A model generated the notes under the pieces. That model saw only the letters and a list, made by a program, of their open reading frames with translations, was not told where the DNA came from and made no database searches. Of a stretch of DNA of 64,000 nt, positions 1 to 14,510 are shown one piece after another (the stretch's first letter is position 1; each line of letters opens with the position of its first letter). The DNA lies in assembly GCA_964016885.1 (NCBI GenBank), contig OZ024743.1, positions 180,048,001-180,112,000 on the forward strand, in the 5' to 3' direction. A program made the translations under genes and the position numbers. The DNA is from Eledone cirrhosa. Lineage: Eukaryota.

Positions 1-416
1 GAATCTAAATTTGGCGGGGTCTGTCCGAGAAATTAAATGTCTATTTATGAGTTTGTCTCCTGAAGAAAATCCTGACTCTGGACAGTCCATATCATTTGGA
101 TGTCCTAAACAAGGAAGGAACATGGTCGAGATATAATTACGGTATGTGCGCATTTCTTCGAAGTTTAATTTTACTACTAATTACGCGCGGTTGACGGTAT
201 GTTTGATCGGATTCTGCATGCGGCCGAAGTATTTGATAAATAATGGAACGGAGTTAACGCGAACTGGCTGCGGTCAATTATTTGTCGGAGATTTCCCACT
301 TAGAAAATTTACTCTTAAAGCTTGCTGGATTTGATTATATATATGGTTAATTATGCTGATTAGAGGAAGAAATAGTATATATTTTAATATCTGATTGATT
401 CTATAGACACGTTTTA

Positions 417-3379
<2,963 letters not shown>

Positions 3380-3759
3380 TATTGTATTATATATTCATCG
3401 GGTTTGTGCGTTTGGGAGAGAATCTAAAATATGAATACCCTCAGCCAGTGTTTGTTGTTTTGATTGAAAACCAAAACATATAAACATTTCCTATTGACAT
3501 TCTCATTTCAAAGCTTGCTTTATAGAATTCATCATTATATATGTGTAAGTCTTTCGTCTAGAGACTTGTGAATACTTGTTTAATCTTCCTGACAACACGA
3601 GTGAAAGTATGTTGTGATGCTACACGACTAACTAATATCTGACATTCTAATACCATTGTTCAAACATACACAATTGCAGCGAACTCTCTTGTCGTTTCTC
3701 ACTTTCCTTATTACTCTTTACAAACATAAGCACTTCCATATATATATATATATATATAT

Positions 3760-5280
3760 CACCATCATCATCATCATCATCATCATCATAATTTTACATA
3801 CACTTTTCCCTGCTTGCAAGGGTTGGACGGGTCCTATTCAGCACAGCATCTCTCCACTTGTCACGGTCCTTCGTCATCTCCTTGGTGAGTTTCAGCGATC
3901 TGAGATGTGCTCTCACCACCTCCGCCCATGTTTTACGTGGTCTACCTGTTCTGCGTCTTCCTTCTACTGGGATTTTTTGGCACATCTTTACCCAGCGGTC
4001 ATCCTCCATGCGCATCACATGCCCATACCATCTCAGCCTTCTCTCCTGCACACCACAACTTATCCATCTTATACACAGTTACCTTATCAACTCGTCCATG
4101 CTTGGTCGTTCACGCACATTGACATTGCACATCCAACGGAGCATACTTCATTTCTCTCCAGCCGTCGCATATCCTCTGCAGTTGCTGCCCATGTCTCACT
4201 ACCATGCAGCATCGCGCATGCCTCACTACCATGCAGCATCGCACATGTCTCACTACCATGCAGCATCGCGCATCTCACTCGGGCATCATATAACCGTCCT
4301 TTCAAAGACGGGTTTCTTCCTGCAAGGAAGAAACCCGTCTTTGTTAACAAAGGATGCAGCTCCCTAAACTTCTTCCAACCCGTCCTTATTCTAGATACTA
4401 TGGCCTCGGACCCCCCCCCCCCCTCCCATGCTAATCTGATCTCCTAGGTACTGGAAGCTATCAACCATTCTATAGAACCGACCTGCATTGGAAAAATGTG
4501 TCTATCACTGCGATTCATGCTGCCAACTTTCCCTGTACATCTACTGCATACAAAGTTTTCCCTACCTGTTAGTTTTCCTGCTATTCCACTACATCTCTTG
4601 TGCACCAAAGATCTGAATTGCGTACATTTTATGGAATTTATGCCAGTTCCTTTCATACATATCGAATATGGCCATTTCCCTGATGGAATCGGAGTATTGT
4701 CCTCTCTTCTACTTATCAACACTTTTGTCTTAACTATGTTCACTCTCAGTTCTCTTGATTCCAACTGCTGTTTCTATAGCCAGAATTTATTCTCTAGTTC
4801 CTCTACTGATTATGCTATAAGAGCTAGATCATTGAGAAGTTCTCATGGGCATCCAATCTTAAACTCCTCTGTTATGGAGAACTATAATGAAAAAGAGAGG
4901 GTTGAGGACCGAACCCTGATGTACACCTACTTGTATCTAGAATTCCTCACTAAACTCTATACCTACTCTCACTTTACTGACAGCACCCCTGTACATAGCT
5001 TGCACTGCCCTCACAAGCCATTCCTCCACACCTAGTTTCCTTAGGAACGAACAGATGACAGATCGGGGTACCCTATCAAAGGCTTTCTCTAGGTCAACAA
5101 AAGCTAAGTATAGTGGCTTATTCTTCTCTAAGAACTTCTCTTGTAGTTGCCTGACTAAGAAGAGAGCATCTGTTGTACTTTTCCCAGGAACAAAACCAAA
5201 CTGCATCTCATCTAATTTGAACCTTTCTCTAATCAGTTGCGCTAATATTCTCTCTGCCACTTTCATAACCTGATCCATGT
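3760..5280 (-). mobile_element. 5'-truncated, frameshifted RTE-clade LINE with (ATG)n tail
   Basis: Minus-strand peptides QFGFVPGKSTTDALF and LAFVDLEKAFDRVPR (RT), a Cys/His-rich PHD-like insert (SIKCTQ..VHKRCSG..FVCSRC), MLHGSETW, and RLRWYGHVMRM..GRPRKTW. (CAT)n tail at 3760-3790. In-frame 27-bp triplication at ~4190-4270. Confidence 0.9.
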
Positions 5281-5298
5281 ATATATATATATATATAT

Positions 5299-6062
5299 TC
5301 AGCCTCACCGCTCTGTCCGGGTCAGTATAAAATCTTTTCCTGGGTCCTGTTTTTTCGTTGCTCTAGTGATGCGGCTGGACTGCCGACCGCTATATCTGAT
5401 TTGCTAAGCTGTCTGAACGTAATATTATTACTCTGGGGTCCTTCCTCATCTGAGTACTAAAGCTACAGCCCGATTATGCATTCGCTAGCTTGGTCGTGTT
5501 CTAAAGCTTCGTCAATGCTGAACTAAAATTTATATTTACTCCTAGAATTAACGATTAACTGATTAATTTAATTAGATGATTCTATTGATTGATTAATTGT
5601 TTATGTTTGTTTGATAACTTCTGGTTGAGTGCTTAATTTGGTTTGTCTAAAGGGATTCATTCCTTTATCTCAAATCGGAATTCACCGCCTAAGCGGGGGT
5701 TACCTCCCTTGGAGAAAACTACGTGTCTGTGGCGACATTTAAAGCTACAACATACCTGCTCAGGCTAAGAACGAAAGACTTGCTGAAGAAGGAAATCCTA
5801 TGTTCGGTCGTCAAAAACCATTATATCGCAGGCTCCTGCAATCGGAATTTGTCGATCTTGAATTTGCAGAAACTTGGCGCTGATATTTTGTTGCTGTATA
5901 TGATGTATATTGTTGATATACGATGTAAGTTATATATTTTGCACTCAGCCTCACCGCTCTGTCCGGGTCAGTATAAAATCTTTTCCTGGGTCCTGTAGTT
6001 TCGTTGCTCTAGTGATGCAGCTGGACTGCCGACCGCTATATCTGATTTGCTAAGCTGTCTGA
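5299..6062. repeat. 764-bp element with ~118-bp direct terminal repeats (5299-5416, 5945-6062), flanked by TA-rich repeats
   Basis: 'tcagcctcaccgctctgtccgggtcag...ctaagctgtctga' occurs twice with only a few mismatches. Confidence 0.85.
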
Positions 6063-6505
6063 TATATACATATAAATACATATATATATATATATATACA
6101 TATACCTACACACATCCATACACAAATTACCCACACACATACATATACACACACATCCATACACTCCCCCCATATATATATATATATACATATATATACA
6201 TCGTGCGAAACCATTTTGCTAGTTTGTGAGCTGATGATGGTGAAGATGTGCCTGTGTAAACTTTTCTTGTAAATCACGTTCCTTTATTTCCTTCTTCCTG
6301 TCACTTCTGAGCACCAACACATACTTCTACATGTCCTCTTCCTCTTTCAATTATTTCTATATTTCCTCTACCTGTCACCCACCTTGTGGATTGTCTCTCT
6401 GTCTCACTGGTCGCTGGTCTTTGTCCCCTCAAGCATTTTGCCCATCAATGTCTTTGACAGCCTTTATCTGTTTTAACGATTGTTCTAGCGATGAGTTTTC
6501 TCATT

Positions 6506-6597
6506 TATATATATATATATATATATGTATATGTGTTTGTGTGTGTGAGCGTGTGTTTGTTTCTGTTTGTGTGTTTGTGTGTGTCTGTTTTGTGTCT

Positions 6598-6672
<75 letters not shown>

Positions 6673-6686
6673 ATTGTGTGTGTGTA
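6506..6686. repeat. (TA)n/(TG)n microsatellite
   Basis: Direct reading. Confidence 0.97.
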
Positions 6687-7669
6687 TGCACTCTGAATAT
6701 GGAGATCGCGAAAATATTAAAACCACCTAAGTCTATTTTCGAGATTTCAAGACCAACATAGTTGAAGCATGGGCGAGACTGTCGCTACTGGTCAAATAAT
6801 TTGTTTAACCTTTCACGATATTTTAGCAAGAGTTTTATGCCAAATTGATGAAAGTAACGGCATATTTTTGATTTCATTGTATATACCCAGTGAATTATAT
6901 TAATTGGCTAAACAAGGTCAAATAAAATCAAATATATATATAGGTGTAATGAGTCATAAACTTCCTAGGTATGTCAACAAAGGGTAAGGGGAAAGGCATG
7001 AAGAGAATACTCGGCATGAAATATATTCATACTTGCTGAATATGGATAGGGGATAACATATTAATTAGCGAAGACTATCCTTGTATTTTCAGGATCAGTA
7101 CTCCCTCTGCAAATAAGGAAGAGCAGTCCTTTACTTTGAGCTGATGTAACATTTTTTTTTTTTTAGATTAGACAGTAGTATATTGAATGCCCCATATAAT
7201 TTTGTTCGATGCTTATTTGATAGTGCCAAATAACGACAAAAATAAATTGACGTAATATAAAGCTTATCCAAAGCCTGCTTCAGGCAAGACCTGTATTCAG
7301 TTGCGTTTCCTGAACACATTTGAGACTTTAAAGACAGAAGAATTAAATATCCTACTATGAGTTAGAATATAGCCAATGACATGAGAGTGTACATGTAAGA
7401 AACTAGATGTAAAGTGTGTTAACGGAATATATAACATTTCTTACATTGCCTGTTAATATCCTGAATTCAAGTGATCAAAACTTCATAGGCATATTGCTAG
7501 ACATTCATTCACACTTATTTTTTACATAGGGTGAATTCTACCTACAAACCAGATACCTAATGTTTATATCTTGGATTTTTGTTCTATTCATTGGATCGTT
7601 TTAAGCCAGATTCAACCCCAGTATCCCTCAGGGGATGTGTTTTCTTGGCCTCCAATTTGCACTGTCTCC

Positions 7670-7850
7670 TTCCTACTGAAATATTTTTCCGTGAATTCGT
7701 AACTTTCAGAATCAGCGACAGGAGAAACTCAGTCTCATTGTCAAGATACATCTGGGTTTTTAAAGACAGGTGATTTCAATATCCTACAATAGCCCCTAAT
7801 GGCGAGATCGTACAATGTAGCATCTGACCATGAAATTTGAAACTATTAAA
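7670..7850 (+). mobile_element. Possible Penelope-like element relic (C-terminal region)
   Basis: Peptides RRNSVSLSRYIWVFKD, ARSYNVAS and LTMKFETIK resemble the 'NSTELSKYIWxLK..AxPYN..LCLxEK' stretch I recall from Penelope ORFs. Heavily degenerate. Confidence 0.4.
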
Positions 7851-8381
7851 AGTGAGACCCATCACGTTTAATTGATTTTACCTCCTTTAAAATGCGAACA
7901 ATTCAAAATTGTTGCGTAGTTTGGTTCCGTACGCCTACGGGAGAATATGAAAGTGCGCATATATCGTTGTATGTGGGTTATTGTCTGTGGAGCAGTCTCC
8001 TCAATGAGGGTCCTGAGAGTCCCAGCCGGATGGCTTGCCAGATGGCAGATGTGATCTTCTTGATGTGTGACAGCTTTAAGTAACATATATTAAACTTAGG
8101 GGCGCGTGTCCCCCTTTTTTAACGTGTTGCTGCCTTGGCATTTCGGCGTTTGTAAACACTAAAGCTAGCTTCGACTCCCGGACAGGGTTGTGTGTTGTGT
8201 ACCAGAAGTAGCTGTGGGGTTAACCTTGCGATGCACTCGCGTCCTGTTTCGGGGGAGTCTCAGTCGCTTAGCGTGAAGGAAACCAAATTTATACATATAA
8301 TGCAACATATTTATGTACGAAGATATACCCAGTCAGATTGCACAATAATACCATTACACAATCAATATCATAAAAGGTCAA

Positions 8382-8585
8382 TATCCTGGCAATAGGGCTG
8401 ACCTCAATCCTATTGATAAATTTGTGGAAATAGAGGAAGATCAAAGCTGCGGACAAAGAACCATCCAATGCGAAAGCATGTTGGCGACAAATGGATTATA
8501 GAAGATTTCCCAAGCACTTGTTTACTAAATGTTTCGTTGTATTCAAGTGGTCCTCAAGACAAAAGATAGACATACCCAATACTAG
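8382..8585 (+). mobile_element. Tc1-family transposase C-terminal relic
   Basis: 8382 YPGNRADLNPID (cf. WPxNSPDLNPIE) and 8529 MFRCIQVVLKTKDRHTQY* (cf. MPRRIQAVIKAKGGHTKY*). Confidence 0.7.
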
Positions 8586-8834
8586 ATTGCAGTGAAGTGA
8601 ATATCTGAAAGCATATCTTCAATATAATTGGTGCTCTAATGTAAGAAATAAAGATTTCTTTTATCATTTTATAAGATGTAACTTTCCATGTACCGGTTAT
8701 ATGGGTTGTATGTTATTAGTCGCATTGAAGAGCGACCTGGCATATACATACATACATACATACATACATACATACATACATACATACAAACATACATACA
8801 TACATACATACATACATACATACATACATACATA

Positions 8835-9190
8835 GTGGCTGCCAACTCGTGTTCGAGTACGGCCACTAGTTTATATCCATGTAGGAGAACCCCTACCGAT
8901 GCACTGAACGAGTGTGACTTTTTAGTCCAGCCAGCGACTTGAAAACTCTGGTACAAACACTACACTTGTGACAATTATTGACACATAGTGCTGGGCCCAT
9001 GGTACCATGTGACGACAAGTGCAGAGAGATCTCCAGATATAAGCAATGCCTGTGCCGTGAAGTTTTTATAGTGAGCAAAGGCACTGCACAAAGCCAGTCC
9101 CACTCTCTTAAGCAAGATGATATTTACCAAAAAGAAGAACAAGTCAACATCATTGGATACCATCAGAGTTGCAGGTGTTATATCAGAGTT
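8835..9190 (-). mobile_element. RTE-derived non-autonomous element, 5'-truncated unit A
   Basis: 356 bp, near-identical to 9292-9647. Encodes an RTE-type C-terminal finger CSVCTRVFKSLAGLKSHTRSVHR*, then a 3' hairpin (ctcgaacacgag) and (TATG)n tail. Confidence 0.75.
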
Positions 9191-9291
9191 ACATACATAC
9201 ATACAAACATACATACATACATACATACATACATACATACATACATACATACATACATACATACATACATACATACATACATACATACATA

Positions 9292-9647
9292 GTGGCTGCC
9301 AACTCGTTTTCGAGTACGGCCACTAGTTTATATCCATGTAGGAGAACCCCTACCGATGCACTGAACGAGTGTGACTTTTTAGTCCAGCCAGCGACTTGAA
9401 AACTCTGGTACAAACACTACACTTGTGACAATTATTGACACATAGTGCTGGGCCCATGGTACCATGTGACGACAAGTGCAGATAGATCTCCAGATATAAG
9501 CAATGCCTGTGCCGTGAAGTTTTTATAGTGAGCAAAGGCACTGCACAAAGCCAGTCCCACTCTCTTAAGCAAGATGATATTTACCAAAAAGAAGAACAAG
9601 TCAACATCATTGGATACCATCAGAGTTGCAGGTGTTATATCAGAGTT
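9292..9647 (-). mobile_element. RTE-derived non-autonomous element, 5'-truncated unit B
   Basis: Same end points as unit A, with about 2 substitutions. Confidence 0.75.
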
Positions 9648-9775
9648 ACATACATACATACAAACATACATACATACATACATACATACATACATACATA
9701 CATACATACATACATGCATACAAACATAATACATTCATACATACATACATACATACGTACGTACATACATACGTA

Positions 9776-9836
9776 TTTATGTTAGAAACCGACTGTCTAT
9801 TGGGAAAAAATTTGTGAAATTATAAAACCAGAAGAA
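9776..9836 (+). mobile_element. 3'-terminal fragment of Dong-like family B
   Basis: Matches ~10996-11059 ('tatgttagaaa..attgggaaaa..gtgaaattataaaaccagaagaa') and is followed by (TACA)n. Confidence 0.75.
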
Positions 9837-9916
9837 CATACATACATACATACATACATACATACATACATACATACATACATACATACATACATAGATA
9901 CATACATACATACATG

Positions 9917-10479
9917 GTGGCTGCCAACTCGTTTTCGTTTACGGCCACTACTTTATATCCATGTAGGAGAACCCCTACCGATGCGCTGAACGAGTGTGAC
10001 ATTTTAGTCCAGCCAGCGACTTGAAAACTCTGGTACAAACACTACACTTGTGACAATTATTGACACATAGTGCTGGGCCCATGGCACCATGTGACGACAA
10101 GTGCAGAGAGATCTCCAGATATAAAGCAATGCCTATGCCGTGAAGCTTTCATAGTGAGCAAAGGCACTGCACAAAGCCAGTCCCACTCTATTAACCAAGA
10201 TGATATTTACCAAAAAGAAGAACATGTCAACATCATTGGATACCATCAGAATTGCAGGTGTTATATCAGAGTTTTCCTTCTCCTAGAATCTGCCTTAACA
10301 AAGGCTAAGGGGTCATCTCTCCCGGTGATTTTGGATGGCAATTGACTCTTAAGAGCTCCTTTGCCCTTTGACAGGTTTTGTTTTTAGTCCTGGAGGATGT
10401 CCAAAGTCACCCTCCTCCCCAAGAAACCTTGGTGGGGTTGCCAGTTTAGTCGCCAACGACCCGACCATGAGACAGGTTG
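9917..10479 (-). mobile_element. Longest RTE-derived bipartite SINE-like unit C (RTE-like 5' UTR joined to RTE-like 3' end, no EN/RT)
   Basis: Extends A/B by ~210 bp that contain the RTE 5' UTR-type motif 'ctaggagaaggaaaactctga'. Flanked by (TATG)n on both sides. Confidence 0.7.
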
Positions 10480-10552
10480 TACATACATACATACATACAT
10501 ACATACATACATACATACATACATACATACATACATACATACATACATACAT

Positions 10553-11059
10553 AGCTTCCCAGCAGATGCCAATATAATATCAAAGATTAGCGAAAAAGAG
10601 AATATTTATGCAGAACTAGAGAAATCTGCAGATACTCCAGCCTGATTACACCTTCAGATTTATGCCTGTGATTATTGAGGCACTGGGGTATGTTAGTAAC
10701 TGCCTCAATACAAATCTTAAGAAGCTAGGCTTCACAGGAACAGAAATAACACAACGAGTTAGGAAATTAGAAATACAATCCATTAATGGAACAGTAAAAA
10801 TATGTAAAACATTCCAAAAATGTTGCATCTAATAACTGCATATACACATATACAGATGCAACGCATATACACATGCACACATACAACTCAAAACACACAC
10901 ATCCACACATACAATAACATCGACAGCTACACATGCATGCATACATAATCTACCTAGTTGATGTTGTGTAAATTCCAATGAGAGAGTCTTGTGTCTATGT
11001 TAGAAAGCGACTCTCTCTTTATTGGGAAAACATTTGTGAAATTATAAAACCAGAAGAAC
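10553..11059 (+). mobile_element. 3' fragment of R4/Dong-like LINE family B (REL C-terminus and 3' UTR)
   Basis: PADANIISKISEKENIYAEL..FRFMPVIIEALGY..GTVKICKTF is homologous to the C-terminus of the 14382 ORF. Ends in (TACA)n. Confidence 0.85.
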
Positions 11060-11135
11060 ATACATACATACATACATACATACATACATACATACATACA
11101 TACATACATACATACATACATACATACATACATAC

Positions 11136-14100
11136 AACCCTTGTAGACAACCACCCCACCTCCATTGACAGACAAAGAGAATGGCCAGCTAAATCTAACA
11201 GTGAACAGCTCACCAACAATTTTGCTGAAATCCATCCCACTTCCACTGAAGAACAGCGAGAAAGGTCAGCTGACTCTAGTAGTAATTGTCACCACATCAA
11301 AAACGAGGCTGCAATTCATGACTCTACTGAACAAACAGAGCACCAAAAACTTGTGGGCACCCTACAAGTGATATGGAACGATATGTTTCAAGAGATACAC
11401 AACCTTAATGTGAGTGACAGACCATACAACACCAGAATCAGTAAAGAACCCACTAAATTGGAATTGGAAGCGGTGAACGAAATAGCTGGCAATTATCTGA
11501 AGGCTATACGATCTAAAGGTGTAGAAACGACATTTGAAACGCTCAATGTTTTGTTATATGTTTCAGCTGTCACATTGCTATCATATAACACACATCTAAA
11601 AGCACGCAATCAAGATACAAACAGAAAGCCTGAACCAGCGTGGATGCGAAATTTAAAAACCAAAATTTTGTCCCTCAGACGAAGTATCTCACACATCGCA
11701 GTCGTTATGAAATGCAACATAGAGAGAAACTTCACACGACACCAGGAAGACCTAAAGAAAAAGTTAGAGAGACGATTTGGAGATACCAAATTTAAAACTT
11801 TGAACTCCAAATTACACCAGTTAAAACAACAACTCACAGCTACAACAGAAAGACTAAAATATAAGTCAACAGCCCATAAACGACAAGTGCTAAATAGATT
11901 GTTTGCCAGAGATCCTAAATCAGTTTATCGCAGCTTCGGTGGCAAAAGCTCAATCCCTGTAAACGACACCCCTTCAAAAGAACAGGTTGAGAACTACTGG
12001 AGATCTGTATGGGAAACGGATGACGGATTCAACAGACAAGCTAATTGGCTAAAACAACTGGAACAGGACTACTGCCAACATGTCCAGACAAAACAATATG
12101 ACATAGATGGGTCAATACTGGAAACAGCTCTACAGAAAATGTCGTATAGGAAATCGCCAGGCCCAGACCTCATTACAGGATACTGGTTGAAGAATTTCAC
12201 TTTCTATCGGCAAGATCTCATACGACTGTTTACAGAAACCATTAAGGGCACACAAGAACTGCCCAGATGGTTATCAACTGCCACTACTCTCCTCATTCCC
12301 CAAAATAGCCAAACCACCCTTGCTAAAAATTACCGCCCAATTGCCTGCCAAAACATCATGTATAAATTATATACTGGGTGCCTTAACCTGTTCTTACAGG
12401 ATCACTGTGCTACCAACAACATCATAACACCTGAGCAAGCTGGTGGAAAGAGGGAGGTGTGGGGTTGCATAGATCACCTACTAACTAACAAAATGATTCA
12501 GGAAAAAACAACAAGGAATCGCAGAAACATGACTGTCGTGTGGCTGGACTATCAAAAAGCATTTGATAGTGTACCTCATGGGTGGATTATTAAGGCTTTA
12601 CAGTTAGCTAAAGTCCCACAACCATTAGTAGCTGCTGTTGAACGCCTGACCAAGAACTGGTACACCAATTTGATCCTTACAGGTGAGAAGGAGCAGGTTA
12701 AGACTGATAGGATACATTACCAGAAGGGCATCTTTCAGGGTGATAGCTTGTCAGTACTACTCTTCGTTCTCTCACTGAATCCACTATCTTACCTACTCAG
12801 GAAACAAGGTGGACAAAGAAGTGGGCCCAGAAGTATCTCCCATCTTTTCTTTGTTGATGACCTGAAGTTGTATGGGCCAAATATCAATGACATCAAGAAA
12901 CAATTGGACCTCATTACACAATTTTCAACCGACATCAAAATGAAATTTGGTGAGTCCAAGTGTGCATATTTGGCAGTAAAACGTGGAAGAGCTGTGCCCT
13001 CCTCTAGAAATCTAGATATGAACGGCCTGACAATACAACCTCTGCAGTCAGGTGACAACTACAGATATCTTGGACAGGATGAGAATGTCAGATATGATGG
13101 ACCCATAAATAAGGAGAGAACCAGAACTGAATACCTCAGAAGAGTAAAAAAAATATGGTCATCAGAACTGTCAGCATACAACAAATACATTGCCCACAAT
13201 ACTTATGCTGTGCCAATTCTAACGCCAACATTTGGCCTACTGAACTGGTCATTGCAAGAACTAAGTGAGATGGATGTTAGAACTCGAAAACTTCTCAGTG
13301 TTACTGGGAACTTTAACATCAATGGTGATGTGGATAGGCTATACTTCTCACGCAAGGAAGGTGGCCGGGGTCTAAAATCAATATTAACAACATATGAGAC
13401 CCGGATAGTAACACTGAAGCAACACCTTCAACAGAGGAAAAAGGTTGGCGACCATCTTGCTCAGGTTTATGAGCATGAAAAAAGAAACATCATTAGAATA
13501 GCGACTGATCTGGAGGACAGATATGGAATAAAGCCTGATATAAATCTCTCACCCAGAGAAATCGGAAGATCCTATTCAATGTTCAAACAAGAAAAAAAAA
13601 TTGACCAATTTACAGAGAAAGTTGTGCATGGATACTTGAGGCGTAAAACACAGACCATAGAGGGGATAAACCACTCAAAAAGCCTGGCATGGAGTTCCGA
13701 CAAGTTTATGACATCACACCTTGAGGGATATCTCTATGCAATACAGGAACAAGAACTCCCTACCAAATATCTGCTGCACAAAAGAGGAGGGCCAGCAGCT
13801 GACAATAAATGTAGGCTATGTAAAACAAAGATCGAGGATGTAAGCCACATTGTTGCCAGCTGCGAAAGAATGTCATCTCGCTACTACCTCCCCATGAGAC
13901 ACGATGGGATAGCTAGAACTATCTGGAACGCACTTCGGAAAACAAAATTAACAACAAACGAGGAAGAATATATTGAGACAGATGGCACTAAGGAATACTG
14001 GTGGAACCTGAAAATAAAAACTGCCACCAAATTAAAGCACAACCGGCCTGATATTGTAGTTTGGGACCACACATTGAAAACGTGTTCTGTTGTGGAGATC

Positions 14101-14382
14101 AGCTGCCCACTTGATGTAAACGTTGTCAGAAAAATACAGGAGAAGGAGGACATCTACGGACCATTGATGAGGAGCTTACAAATCCAGTATCCAAGATACA
14201 CCTTTAGCTTCATACCCATCATTATTGGTGCTACGGGTTATATACCAACCCGCTTGGACCAAAGTATGACCGAACTTGGATTTGCGGACAAAAAGCGCAG
14301 CTCCCTAATTCATAGTCTACAAATGGCTGCGATAGCTGGCACCTTCAAAATATGCAAAACATTCTCGCGATTCAAGGGATGA
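11136..14382 (+). CDS. Reverse transcriptase / zinc knuckle / restriction-like endonuclease polyprotein (uninterrupted, probably 5'-truncated)
   Basis: KSPGPD, NYRPIAC, WLDYQKAFDSVPH, GIFQGDSLS, FFVDDLKL, YRYLG, CRLC..HIVASC, RHD, HNRPDIVV..VEISCP..K. The ORF-track start at 10978 is read-through of upstream repeats. Confidence 0.9.
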
Positions 14383-14462
14383 CAATTTCTTTTCTTTTAC
14401 AACCTTGCCACCAGGAAGGTGGCCGGTCAAAAAAATATACTCGAAATTAAGAGAAAGAGAAA
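11136..14462 (+). mobile_element. R4/Dong-type RLE non-LTR retrotransposon, family A, inserted in (TACA)n
   Basis: Single ORF with RT, CCHC and REL, an 80-bp 3' UTR, and (TACA)n on both sides. Confidence 0.92.
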
Positions 14463-14510
14463 ACATACATACATACATACATACATACATACATACATAC
14501 ATACATACAT

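Noticed and set aside
8893-9541. Tandem C2H2 zinc-finger host gene
   Set aside because: There is one finger per unit, followed by a stop, hairpin and tail, with no TGEKP linkers. This fits an RTE C-terminus.
8736-11135. CRISPR-like alternation of repeat and spacer
   Set aside because: The repeats are variable-length (TACA)n, the spacers are retroelement pieces, the context is eukaryotic, and there are no cas genes.
10978-11135. N-terminus of the 1134-aa ORF with YIHT repeats
   Set aside because: Chance read-through of a neighbouring 3' UTR and (TACA)n.
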